The notes under the pieces: model-generated | What the model was told of the DNA's origin: nothing | The model's database searches: none | Seen by the model: the letters and a program-made list of their open reading frames with translations, nothing else | Translations under genes and position numbers: made by a program | Virus record (IMG/VR): IMGVR_UViG_3300010382_000023 | Coordinates: 1-37,284 of that record | Length of the DNA: 37,284 bases | Origin: a virus | Lineage: Duplodnaviria > Caudoviricetes | Direction: 5' to 3' (one strand) | Part shown: one piece after another, positions 26,561 to 34,929 of the stretch | Layout of the letters: each line of letters starts with the position of its first letter | Position numbering within the stretch: position 1 is the stretch's first letter

Positions 26561-27207
26561 GTGTCCTCCAACAGGTCCCGCGACCCAATGCTGTTAATTT
26601 CAGCGTAGGTTCGCGTAGGGTGGTTGGCTGCTTGTCCTTTGCGCTGGGGCTTCGTTTCCCGCTTCCCCCAGCCTTCGCGGGCAGCCTTGCGCAAAACAAG
26701 GTTCCAATCCCGCCATTTGTTTTTGTTTTTTGTCGCTGCCGCCGATTCATCCACATAAGCTATGACACGGGCAGCTTCTGCCGTGCCGAGATCGGCAATG
26801 AGCCTTTCGTATTCGGCATCCGAAAGCCGGACATATCCATGTTCGCCGCGCTGATGAGCCGGCGGTTTCGTGGGGGAGATTATAGAGAGGGTAATATCTT
26901 CCTTCTCCTTTTCCTTCTCCTTGGTATCTTTGGTATCGGTTGGTATACCATCGTATACCGTGGTATTCCATCGTTTATTTATGTTCTCGGTTTGTTTTCG
27001 GCACTTTTCGGCGTAAGAAGCTTTATCCCTATCTATTTGCTCCCGTATCGCCGGAAAGAGGATGCGCTCGCCTCCCGGGAGTTTTTGCGCTTCGCCGGTC
27101 ATGCTGTATTTTAGGCACGCCCTGAAAAGTCGCCCGCACTCCGCGTCGTTGAGCTCCTCCATCGACTTGAGGTAGCTGTGATAGGCATTAAAATACTCTC
27201 TTGCCAT
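26557..27207 (-). CDS. Phage replication initiator (DUF6291-like N-terminus)
   Basis: EYFNAYHSY...LNDAECGRLFRACLKY...QIDRDKASY...INKRW; internal iterons; ATG 27207 after AAGGAG. Confidence 0.75.
   Translation of the reverse strand: MAREYFNAYHSYLKSMEELNDAECGRLFRACLKYSMTGEAQKLPGGERILFPAIREQIDRDKASYAEKCRKQTENINKRWNTTVYDGIPTDTKDTKEKEKEKEDITLSIISPTKPPAHQRGEHGYVRLSDAEYERLIADLGTAEAARVIAYVDESAAATKNKNKWRDWNLVLRKAAREGWGKRETKPQRKGQAANHPTRTYAEINSIGSRDLLEDT
26921..26970. repeat. Iteron-like repeats inside the initiator gene (probable origin)
   Basis: TGGTAT x4 and two GTATAC palindromes, flanked by pyrimidine and AT-rich tracts. Confidence 0.6.
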
Positions 27208-27337
27208 ATTGCTCCTTATGGGCGGACTCGCAGCGCCGCCCACGCTGTCCCGGTTTGCCGGGCCCAGTACCGGATCACAATCTAGTGAACAACAATGCCG
27301 CGCGCCTCGTTTAACCGCCCCGGCGCGTTAGGCGTGA

Positions 27338-27718
27338 TTAAAATGGTAGATCAGGGTCGTTGATTTCCGTGAAGCCCTCCGGCTCGGAGGATTCCTGACG
27401 TTCTCGCGGCGAGAGGAATTCCACCTCGTCCGCGACAATCTCGGTGACATAACGCTTAACGCCCTGCTTGTCGTCATATGAGCGTGTTTGCAGCTCGCCA
27501 ATGACCGCGACTTTCTTACCCTTTTCAAGATGCTTTGCGCAGACCTCGGCGAGCTTGTCCCATACCACGACCGGGAAAAAGTCCGTCACTGTATCACCGG
27601 CATGATTTTTAAATCTGCGGTTTACCGCAATAGTGAAGGTCGTTACGGCTTTTCCGCTACCGGTGGTACGGGAATCCGGGTTTTTCGAGAGATTTCCGAT
27701 CATATAGGCCTTGTTCAT
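27338..27718 (-). CDS. ssb: Single-stranded DNA-binding protein
   Basis: MNKAYMIGNL...FTIAVNR...GELQTRSY...DLPF. Confidence 0.95.
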   Translation of the reverse strand: MNKAYMIGNLSKNPDSRTTGSGKAVTTFTIAVNRRFKNHAGDTVTDFFPVVVWDKLAEVCAKHLEKGKKVAVIGELQTRSYDDKQGVKRYVTEIVADEVEFLSPRERQESSEPEGFTEINDPDLPF

Positions 27719-27802
27719 GGTGTCCTCCCGTAATAAAGCTTTTTCTCGTCCCATCCGGGATAGATTGACTTGAAATGTTCTCTTGCTTTCTCGCGCATTG
27801 AG

Positions 27803-28339
27803 CTAAACTCTTCCGTAAATTATCAAGATGTCTCTAACCCTATCTCTGCCGATCTTTAGGTTCGAACTAACATCGGTTATAGAAGCGCCAGAATCATAAA
27901 GGCACAATACGGATTCCTTGTTTTCGAGAATATAATTAAGGCTTTTGTTTGCAAGCGTCCGCTGTTTTTTATCGTCATGCTTGCGTGCCATTCTCGATTC
28001 TCTAAAATGCACGATGTTCATTTTTGGGGTTACCCATTCAAGGTTCAAATAATGGTTATTCGCCTTATTGAAATCCTTGTGATTGATCTGCGTGTAGCCA
28101 CTCGGATTTGGCACAAACGCTTCTGCTACCAAACGATGGACATAAATGTGCTTCGCGCATGTACCATCCTTATTTACCAAAGCCAACGTTAAATATCCAT
28201 TGCTTTTAGCGTAGAATTTCATCAACCGCCCAGGCTTCGTGTAATTCCAAACCTTGCGCGGACAACTGCGAACATTCCCGTGATCGCTAACTTGATATAG
28301 CCCTTCGTATCCTTTGATATCTCGCCATTGCTCGATCAT
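27803..28339 (-). CDS. NUMOD4-HNH homing endonuclease
   Basis: EQWRDIKGYEGLYQVSDHGNVRS; VHRLVAEAF...INHKDFNKANN...NLEW; AT-rich. Confidence 0.9.
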   Translation of the reverse strand: MIEQWRDIKGYEGLYQVSDHGNVRSCPRKVWNYTKPGRLMKFYAKSNGYLTLALVNKDGTCAKHIYVHRLVAEAFVPNPSGYTQINHKDFNKANNHYLNLEWVTPKMNIVHFRESRMARKHDDKKQRTLANKSLNYILENKESVLCLYDSGASITDVSSNLKIGRDRVRDILIIYGRV

Positions 28340-28614
28340 AGGTAGTTCCTCCCGAAGATTTTCCTAAAGTCCAGATCGGGGAAGCGCTTTTCAAATGCCT
28401 CTTGACCGATGCGCTCTAATTCCCGGCGCCGCTCTTTGTTGTGGTGTACACCCTTCGGCGGCTCGTTGTGGTAGTCGTGTGTCAGCCATACCTTTAAGCC
28501 GTATTTCTCAGAGAGTTTCCTGCGCCCCGCACCGAAGAAAATGTGATGTTCCTCAAGCTGGTCTGTCCGCTTCGTAAAGTAGCACTCTTTTTCATCCTGA
28601 ATGATGCTTTTCAT
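28336..28614 (-). CDS. Small HNH-like phage protein
   Basis: CYF...EEHHIFFG...VWLTHDYHN. Confidence 0.65.
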   Translation of the reverse strand: MKSIIQDEKECYFTKRTDQLEEHHIFFGAGRRKLSEKYGLKVWLTHDYHNEPPKGVHHNKERRRELERIGQEAFEKRFPDLDFRKIFGRNYL

Positions 28615-29146
28615 GCCACCCCTCCTTCATCCGCGCCAGCTCCGCAGGGGTGAGGGTTTCTATGCCGAGTTCCTTTGCGTCCTGAACAATCAGGTCTATT
28701 AACGCGGACATCTGCTTGGTGTCATAAGTTGAAGAGCCGTAGTACAGCATGACGTTGGTGCATCCGGGCAGTTTCGAGGGCATGGTATCGGTGATCCATC
28801 CAAGGCCATTGTGCGTCCATCCTTGGATCAATTTTGATACAGCCTCCGTAGGGACGCAGACGAGCTGCGATGCGCCGGGAACCTCGCGGATGTATGAGCG
28901 GTAAACCTCCGTCTTACCCTGTTTCACGACTTCCGAGATCCGGTCTATAAGCACCCAGGCGTAAGCGTTTGCCTCCAGAGATCGCTTTTCGCGCCATTGC
29001 TTAACCTCGACCGTCAGAGGCTTGTCCCGCAGTTCACCCATAGCTTCCTTTACTGCTGCCCGACTCTCACGGGCTACGCAGAGGGTGATTTCCATGTCTC
29101 CCGAAAGGGTGAGCCGGACATCGATTTTATCAGCCTTGAGCCGCAT
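28592..29146 (-). CDS. NinB/Orf-like recombination accessory protein
   Basis: KRSLEANAYAW...GSSTYDTKQMSALIDLIVQDAKELGI. Confidence 0.7.
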   Translation of the reverse strand: MRLKADKIDVRLTLSGDMEITLCVARESRAAVKEAMGELRDKPLTVEVKQWREKRSLEANAYAWVLIDRISEVVKQGKTEVYRSYIREVPGASQLVCVPTEAVSKLIQGWTHNGLGWITDTMPSKLPGCTNVMLYYGSSTYDTKQMSALIDLIVQDAKELGIETLTPAELARMKEGWHEKHHSG

Positions 29147-29870
29147 TGTTCGTGAGCCTCGTCAAAACGTCCTGCAACTCTTCGGTGGTGAGAGCGTTCA
29201 GCCCTTTTCCATAGGTCTTGCGGCAGGATGCCCCCAATGCCTCGGATGTAATGTTGCGTTCCTTGCATGTGCTGTTGATCTGCCGCAGAACAGTCCCGCG
29301 CGCGATCTCGTCATCTGGATTGGTGTTATAGGTGGATGCAAGGGCGGCAGCTGTATCATCGAACGCGGCCTTGGTATCCACGGGCTTATCCTTTTCACCC
29401 GTGAGGTTAGAAGTGTACACGTCGGACGATATCTTGTCCGGGTCTTCCCCCGTCGGGATGGCAAACGTCCGAAGGAGCAGGTACTTGTACGCATACGTTA
29501 GGGCTTTTCCTACACCCTTGTCCTGCGTGTCGACGCCCGTGCCGGAAGATACGGCGAGGATAAAATCCTCCGCGTCCTCTGTGTTCTGGATGCGGTACGT
29601 CACATCTACGGAAGTTATGCGATTAATCCGCTCAACCTCTTTTTTTGCGTACTTATCAAACGCCAGGACTTTTTCGTCTGTCCGGGAGTGATCGATCTTT
29701 ACCGGCACGATCACAATGCCATTCTTAATAAGCGATGCCCGGATGATGGACGTGACCTTTTCTTCGGTGATTGCCCGGTAGCCTTTCCCGCCTCCTGTTT
29801 CAACTGTATCGTCCTTTGTGAGGTATTCAACGTCCTGCATAACCGCAGCGATTTTTTGATAGAGATTCAC
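29130..29870 (-). CDS. ERF-family single-strand annealing protein
   Basis: MNLYQKIAAV...GVDTQDKGVGKALTYAYKYLLLRTFAIPTGEDPD. Confidence 0.85.
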   Translation of the reverse strand: MNLYQKIAAVMQDVEYLTKDDTVETGGGKGYRAITEEKVTSIIRASLIKNGIVIVPVKIDHSRTDEKVLAFDKYAKKEVERINRITSVDVTYRIQNTEDAEDFILAVSSGTGVDTQDKGVGKALTYAYKYLLLRTFAIPTGEDPDKISSDVYTSNLTGEKDKPVDTKAAFDDTAAALASTYNTNPDDEIARGTVLRQINSTCKERNITSEALGASCRKTYGKGLNALTTEELQDVLTRLTNNAAQG

Positions 29871-30160
29871 GTCATTTCCTCCTTGATGTTAAGCTCGTCC
29901 GCTATGTAGTCCAATATCGCCTGTGTCGCATCGTCCAGCGTTAAGCACCCGTTTGCCGCCGCGTCCAGCGCGGCAAGGTGGAGCAGATTTTCATATGCCT
30001 CCCGCATGCAGTCCTTGCAGATGTGGAGATCGGATATGCGATACTCAAGCCCGCTCTCGGCACCGCACTCAGAGCAACGCTCCGGCTCGTCCAGATGATC
30101 GAAGGACGGCAGCTCTCCGGCGGCTACCATGCCGTTCTCAATCAGCGCGTCGCTGCGCAT
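29867..30160 (-). CDS. Hypothetical protein with CxxC...CxxC motif
   Basis: CSEC, CKDC; overlaps both neighbours. Confidence 0.6.
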   Translation of the reverse strand: MRSDALIENGMVAAGELPSFDHLDEPERCSECGAESGLEYRISDLHICKDCMREAYENLLHLAALDAAANGCLTLDDATQAILDYIADELNIKEEMT

Positions 30161-30518
30161 GCTTCTGCCTCTCTTTCTCGATGGCGTTGTATGTACCGGC
30201 TTTATCCTGCGGGATGGCCTTCAGCCCTTCTCTGATCAAGTAAATGACCGTGTCTGCGACATATCGATGTCCTAATTGTTTTTGCGCCCTGTGCACAGCC
30301 GTATAAAGCGTTTTTGTTGTGCGACAGTACAAGCGGCATGGTGCGCCGTGCTTGTCGTGTTTGCGGGGTTCTGGCGCAGCCTTTCCATCTCTAAGCTCCT
30401 GTGCCCGTTTCACGAGATGGATACCATAGCGGTCAGGGTTGTCCACTTTTACCAGTAGAGGGCGGTCAAATCCGGGAAACTCCGCTTTGATTGCCTGGAC
30501 GGTTTCACGGGTGCTCAC
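30138..30518 (-). CDS. Hypothetical early protein
   Basis: GTG after GGGAGG; in operon. Confidence 0.6.
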   Translation of the reverse strand: MSTRETVQAIKAEFPGFDRPLLVKVDNPDRYGIHLVKRAQELRDGKAAPEPRKHDKHGAPCRLYCRTTKTLYTAVHRAQKQLGHRYVADTVIYLIREGLKAIPQDKAGTYNAIEKERQKHAQRRAD

Positions 30519-30700
30519 TTGACAACCCTCCCATCCTTTGTATAATAGGTATTGAGATTTTTCTTCTGCCGCTCCGTGGATGCCAGTCCCGGGCGGCTTT
30601 TCCTATCCTCGCTGAGGATCGCACCTACGATGATCCCCAGCGGGAATGCTATCGCAAATCCCATGAACATGTAGCCCATTTCATACCAAGGGTGATTCAT
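30515..30700 (-). CDS. Small membrane protein
   Basis: One hydrophobic helix; ATG 30700 after AGGAGG. Confidence 0.5.
   Translation of the reverse strand: MNHPWYEMGYMFMGFAIAFPLGIIVGAILSEDRKSRPGLASTERQKKNLNTYYTKDGRVVK
30519..30601 (+). ncRNA. Putative short antisense RNA in the early operon
   Basis: TTGACA-N16-TATAAT (30519-30546), then hairpin GCCGCTC...GGGCGGC plus TTTT. Confidence 0.55.
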
Positions 30701-30855
30701 GTTCTTCCTCCTTTTCTCCATTGGCCTTTTCGTTTCTGTTCTTCAATCATAGACCGGTACCGCTGATGGTCGAGGTCTCCATTGCGCCGCCGATCGCGTT
30801 GACGGTCTTTATAACGCTGGATGAATTCATCGCGCGAGATAGGCCGGGTCATCAT
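30697..30855 (-). CDS. Small basic hypothetical protein
   Basis: ATGA overlaps with neighbours on both sides. Confidence 0.5.
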   Translation of the reverse strand: MMTRPISRDEFIQRYKDRQRDRRRNGDLDHQRYRSMIEEQKRKGQWRKGGRT

Positions 30856-31073
30856 GACGCTGCACCGTTCGCCCACCGCGCAGCCTGTCGGACGAGGATA
30901 TGACCGTTCGGGGCTACTGCAAGCCGACCGTCCTGTGCCATGCGCCACACCGTCGTGGTGCTGACTCCAAGCATCTTTGCCGCCGTGGTCTTCCCTACCG
31001 CCTCGCCCCACTGATCGACCCACGCTTGTTCGAGCTCGGAGATCGAAATCATACGCAGCTTTGGCTTTTTCAT
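30852..31073 (-). CDS. Excisionase-like HTH protein
   Basis: VGKTTAAKMLGVSTTTVWRMAQDGRL; second gene of the lytic operon. Confidence 0.7.
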   Translation of the reverse strand: MKKPKLRMISISELEQAWVDQWGEAVGKTTAAKMLGVSTTTVWRMAQDGRLAVAPNGHILVRQAARWANGAAS

Positions 31074-31264
31074 GTTGACTCCTCCTTCAGCAACTCGTCC
31101 ACAGTCACGCCAAAGTAATCGGCGACGCGTTTCAACTTGTTGGCCGATGGACTGCTCTCGTCCCACCGGTAAATTGTGTTTCGGCCTAGTTGGGTCTCCC
31201 GCTCAAGCGTCGAAATGTTAATGTTCCTTTTTACGCATAAATCCCTTATTTTGCCGAAAAGCAA
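31070..31264 (-). CDS. Cro-like XRE repressor
   Basis: TTG 31264 after AGGAGG; ISTLERETQLGRNTIYRW...KRVADYFGVTVDELL. Confidence 0.85.
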   Translation of the reverse strand: MLFGKIRDLCVKRNINISTLERETQLGRNTIYRWDESSPSANKLKRVADYFGVTVDELLKEEST

Positions 31265-31288
31265 TCTAGCACCTCCTATATCTTGTTG

Positions 31289-31457
31289 TTGCTTGTTGTT
31301 AGCATATATGCTAATATTATCTTGCTGGAATAACTGCATATATGCAAAATGACTTCCTTCCTTTTGCGCATCTTGCGCATACACGCTGTAATCGCTACTT
31401 GTGCTCTCATTATACAGCATAAACGCGGAATGTCAACACTGCTTTTTGCGCATATGC
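31289..31457. promoter_or_regulatory. Lysis-lysogeny switch: promoters and multiple operators
   Basis: Minus TTGACA(31436)-N16-TATAAT(31414-31409); plus TTGCTT(31289)-N17-TAATAT; GCATAnAyGC-type boxes at 31302, 31336, 31377, 31417 and a variant at 31448. Confidence 0.7.
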
Positions 31458-31486
31458 GGAAATAATGTTGGAAGAGGATTCCTTCT

Positions 31487-31792
31487 ATGGTTGATAAGAT
31501 TAAGCAACTATGCAAAAATGCCGGAATATCGTTAAACGCATTAGAGCAGGAAATAGGTATAGGAAAAAGCACTATATACCGCTGGGATTACATGCCCCCC
31601 GCGCTAGATAAGGTGCAAAAAGTCGCTGACTATTTTGGTGTATCTCTAGATTATCTTTCGGGTCGTGATGAGTATGCTCAACCTGTCATTATCGGCGCTG
31701 CTGCTCACCTCGACACGAACGATCCCGAAGCCATAGAGGAATACAACAAATTAGTCGAATACCTCAATTTCAAATACAGCAAGAAAGATTAA
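31487..31792 (+). CDS. CI/ImmR-like XRE repressor
   Basis: ISLNALEQEIGIGKSTIYRW...VADYFGVSLDYLSGR; divergent from cro; followed by ImmA. Confidence 0.9.
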   Translation: MVDKIKQLCKNAGISLNALEQEIGIGKSTIYRWDYMPPALDKVQKVADYFGVSLDYLSGRDEYAQPVIIGAAAHLDTNDPEAIEEYNKLVEYLNFKYSKKD

Positions 31793-31862
31793 GCTTGTCC
31801 GTTTTATGGTGCAGTCTATGAGATATATTAGTTTCACTATCTAGCAAGGAGATGAGCTCGTA

Positions 31863-32309
31863 ATGGAGCTATCGGAACAATTATATGATGATGCCAAACG
31901 GTCAGGCATTGAGATCTCCATTGAAAAGGCGCCCTTTGAAACCAAGCACGTAAAAGCCATGTACCTCAACATACTCGGAAAGCCGATAATCCTCATACAG
32001 CCCACAAAAACACAAGCAGAGCTCGCATGCCTACTCGCAGAGGAGCTAGGACATTACCATACAGAGCCTTGTCGGGTGCTTCGGTATCGTAGCATAAACG
32101 ATCTGCGGGCAGAGGCAGCCGCCCGGCGATGGGGTTATCGTCGCATTATTTCGCTTGATCGCGTAATAAAGGCTTTGCGCGCGGGACTGCGTGAGCGGTG
32201 TGATATCGCGGACTACCTTGGCGTAACTGAAGAGTACCTTGAGGAGGCGGTAGAGTATTACCGCACTACTGATGCGTGGAAGGCAATAGAACAGGAACTT
32301 CATGATTGA
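31863..32309 (+). CDS. ImmA/IrrE-family metallopeptidase
   Basis: CLLAEELGHYHT...EAAARRWG...IADYLGVTEEYL. Confidence 0.88.
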   Translation: MELSEQLYDDAKRSGIEISIEKAPFETKHVKAMYLNILGKPIILIQPTKTQAELACLLAEELGHYHTEPCRVLRYRSINDLRAEAAARRWGYRRIISLDRVIKALRAGLRERCDIADYLGVTEEYLEEAVEYYRTTDAWKAIEQELHD

Positions 32310-32367
32310 CTACACCGAGTAGCTAGACAGCGAACTACATGTAGAAATTATCGAGGGGGAGAACATC

Positions 32368-32622
32368 ATGTGGAAAAGAAGTGACTTCGGCATGAAGCTA
32401 GTCATTGTTTCAGGTTGGGCGCTTGCGATTCGCGGGCTATTGGCAATCTTTAGTACGCCTGCAATCGGATTTGAAGCTGCAAAAGCAACGCTGCTCATGA
32501 GCTTGTGGCAGTCATTGATTGGAGCCGCGATCGGATTGATGATTCATTGGATTATCGCGGCTGTTAAAAAATCAAAACGCAAGAAGCAAGTTGTCATAGA
32601 GAGTGCACAGGATAATTCTTAA
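32368..32622 (+). CDS. Small 2-TM membrane protein
   Basis: Two hydrophobic segments, basic tail, GAGGGGG RBS. Confidence 0.6.
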   Translation: MWKRSDFGMKLVIVSGWALAIRGLLAIFSTPAIGFEAAKATLLMSLWQSLIGAAIGLMIHWIIAAVKKSKRKKQVVIESAQDNS

Positions 32623-32683
32623 GAGTAGGCCGATGCATAGAAAGCGATAAACAAGAAATGCACAATTGAAAGGAAACAGAACG

Positions 32684-33073
32684 ATGAAGAGGGTTTTGTC
32701 ATGGTTGGCGCTCATTGGTTGCTTCTTTCTTTTCTGCCTTGTCGCAACATTGGACTCCTTACTCATAAGCTATATATCCAGTTTATATAGCCAGCTATCA
32801 CCCTTTTTGAAACTAGTTATTATAATTATTGGTGGCGCTTTCATCCTTGGATTGACGCTCACTCCAATTTATTACGGAGCCATCTTAACGATCACATGGT
32901 GCGAAGGAATATATCCTAGTGTGAAAGGAAGCCGATACATCGTGATGGGAGTTGTCGTCATAATATTGTGTGTAATTGATCTTGTACATGGTTTCAGAAC
33001 AAGCGACATTATTGTTGGGATATACGGAATAGCGCTTATGATTTTTGGAAGAAGCAAGAGAAAAACAGCATGA
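32684..33073 (+). CDS. Multi-TM membrane protein (possible superinfection exclusion)
   Basis: About four hydrophobic segments, AT-rich, in the lysogeny operon. Confidence 0.6.
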   Translation: MKRVLSWLALIGCFFLFCLVATLDSLLISYISSLYSQLSPFLKLVIIIIGGAFILGLTLTPIYYGAILTITWCEGIYPSVKGSRYIVMGVVVIILCVIDLVHGFRTSDIIVGIYGIALMIFGRSKRKTA

Positions 33074-33285
33074 TCGAATACGACCCTGCAAGCGAGATCT
33101 ATATCATCCATTTCAATGACCAAACCGATCTGATGGGGTGGGTTCGAGAATTGAACGGACAAGTGTTTGTAGGTCTCAACGACGCGTTTCCGGCACAGAG
33201 ATCACGCGTTATGAAAAGGCTCCTTTCAAGCGCAAATAATCAGATCCGCAAAGAGATGCTGGTTGTTGAGCTTAGTCGTAAATAA
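33070..33285 (+). CDS. Hypothetical protein
   Basis: ATGA overlap with the upstream gene. Confidence 0.5.
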   Translation: MIEYDPASEIYIIHFNDQTDLMGWVRELNGQVFVGLNDAFPAQRSRVMKRLLSSANNQIRKEMLVVELSRK

Positions 33286-33381
33286 AAAATACTCGCCTTC
33301 GCGTTGGCGCACGAAAGCGAGCGGGTGCAGTGAAGGACATTTTCTTGCACCTCCAAATATCATATTGAAGGTTGAAAAACG

Positions 33382-34539
33382 ATGGCGAAGAAGCAAAAAG
33401 ACGGGCGGTACCGCTCTAAAATCTCGGTCGGAACTGATGTAAACGGCGAAGCTATCTACAAGTATGCCAGTGGCCGCACTAAAAAAGAACTCGAAGCGAA
33501 TGCAGAGGAATTAAAGAAGCGGTATATCGGCGGTGTAGAGGTGCAGCGCGATGTTACCGTCGAAACATATATTACTGAATGGTATGAAGCATTTAAGGAA
33601 GCAGATTTATCCCCCTCAACTCGTTTGAATTATATAGCTGCTATGAATCAGCACATTTTCCCCATTATCGGCGACCGCCGCATGAGCGCTGTGACCTCTA
33701 CCGATTTACACAAGCTCATGGGAACGATGTCAGGCATGGGAAAGACGAGCATTGGCAACGTTAAGTCAATAATTAAAAACGCGTTTCGTGAGGCGTCATC
33801 TTCGGGGATAATCGATCGTGATCCAGCGGCGTCACTTAAGAAGGCGGCCGCGGAAACCAAGAGCCGCCGGGAACTGACCGATAAAGAAGTAAGCGCCGCT
33901 CTCTCGGTAGCTGAGAGCCACCCTGCCGGGCTTATGCTTGCCCTGCTATACTACACCGGTATGAGGCGTGGCGAGATGCTGGCGCTTACGTGGACTGACG
34001 TAGACCTAAAAAAAGGCGTCATTCATGTGTGCAGGGATATAGATTTCGTGACCAATGACGTGGGAGATGTAAAATCACAGTGCTCTATTCGTGACATTCC
34101 GATCCCGATTCCGTTAAAGCGGATCCTCCGCGCGCGGGCGGGCATCGGGTATATCATTAAAGGCCCGGACACTGGCCGCTTCATGCCGCAGGCAACATAT
34201 ATTCGTACTTGGAAATCGCTCATGGCTGCCATGTACCAGGTCGACCCAACAATTGAGCATACGGACCTCAACGCAAACGTGAAGCCAAGAAAAACAAAGA
34301 AAGCCGCGAAAACGAAAAGTACCATAAAGTGTACACCGCTGATCGGGTCGGTACTCACCGCGCATTACTTCAGGCATAATTACGCGACCCTGTTATACGA
34401 CGCCGGCGTGGACGTTCTAACCGCCCAAAAATACCTTGGTCACGCTGACCCGGTCACTACGCTACGGATATACACGCACCTGAAGAACCTGCGCGAACAA
34501 GGCAGCAAACAGAAGGTTATCGAGATGTTCGGGAAGTGA
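33382..34539 (+). CDS. int: Tyrosine integrase
   Basis: YTGMRRGEMLAL, HYFRHNYAT, LGHADPVTTLRIYTH; N-terminal arm-binding region. Confidence 0.97.
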   Translation: MAKKQKDGRYRSKISVGTDVNGEAIYKYASGRTKKELEANAEELKKRYIGGVEVQRDVTVETYITEWYEAFKEADLSPSTRLNYIAAMNQHIFPIIGDRRMSAVTSTDLHKLMGTMSGMGKTSIGNVKSIIKNAFREASSSGIIDRDPAASLKKAAAETKSRRELTDKEVSAALSVAESHPAGLMLALLYYTGMRRGEMLALTWTDVDLKKGVIHVCRDIDFVTNDVGDVKSQCSIRDIPIPIPLKRILRARAGIGYIIKGPDTGRFMPQATYIRTWKSLMAAMYQVDPTIEHTDLNANVKPRKTKKAAKTKSTIKCTPLIGSVLTAHYFRHNYATLLYDAGVDVLTAQKYLGHADPVTTLRIYTHLKNLREQGSKQKVIEMFGK

Positions 34540-34562
34540 CACTTCGGTAAAATTCGGGGTGT

Positions 34563-34606
34563 AAAGTTGCCAGCAAAATTAAAACAAAGTTGCCAAAAAG
34601 TTGCCA
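34563..34606 (+). repeat. Three 10-bp direct repeats, probable integrase arm-type sites
   Basis: AAAGTTGCCA at 34563, 34586 and 34597, between int and the tRNA. Confidence 0.7.
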
Positions 34607-34647
34607 GAAGGCATGTTAATAAGTCGCTTTACCAATTCTCATAAAAC

Positions 34648-34676
34648 AAAAAAGCTAGACAATGTCTAGCTTTTTT
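34648..34676. terminator. Bidirectional terminator between int and tRNA-Met
   Basis: AAAAAAGCTAGACA-A-TGTCTAGCTTTTTT. Confidence 0.85.
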
Positions 34677-34677
34677 A

Positions 34678-34754
34678 TGGTAGCGGCGACTGGATTCGAA
34701 CCGGTGACACTTCGGGTATGAACCGAATGCTCTGGCCAACTGAGCTACGCCGCC
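34678..34754 (-). tRNA. tRNA with CAT anticodon, elongator tRNA-Met type; probable integration target
   Basis: GGCGGCGTAGCTCAGTTGG...TT-CAT-AC...GGTTCGAATCC...CCA, 77 nt. Confidence 0.93.
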
Positions 34755-34792
34755 ATATATGATGCGCACATCATAAGGTGTGCGCATCAAAT

Positions 34793-34868
<76 letters not shown>

Positions 34869-34893
34869 ACGCTGCCGCTTTGCGGCAAAGGTT

Positions 34894-34922
34894 ATATTAC
34901 CACAACGGCGTTTCAGGGTCAA
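34894..34922 (-). promoter_or_regulatory. tRNA operon promoter
   Basis: TTGACC-N17-TAATAT with TGn extension. Confidence 0.7.
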
Positions 34923-34929
34923 GTGTTTT

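Larger units (their letters stand above)
1..34715. mobile_element. Temperate prophage (podovirus-like) integrated at/near the 3' part of tRNA-Met; left end lies outside the window
   Basis: Ordered integrase, immunity, replication, packaging, head, tail and lysis modules; integrase abuts tRNA genes; host-type genes resume after 34930; no second tRNA fragment seen at the left edge. Confidence 0.93.

Noticed and set aside
27803-28339. HNH gene as part of a self-splicing intron
   Set aside because: Flanking genes are intact separate ORFs; looks like an ordinary free-standing homing endonuclease
34760-34789. Perfect 11-bp inverted repeat between the two tRNAs as a mobile element
   Set aside because: Short spacer hairpin with no target duplication or other copies seen; more likely a processing or stability structure
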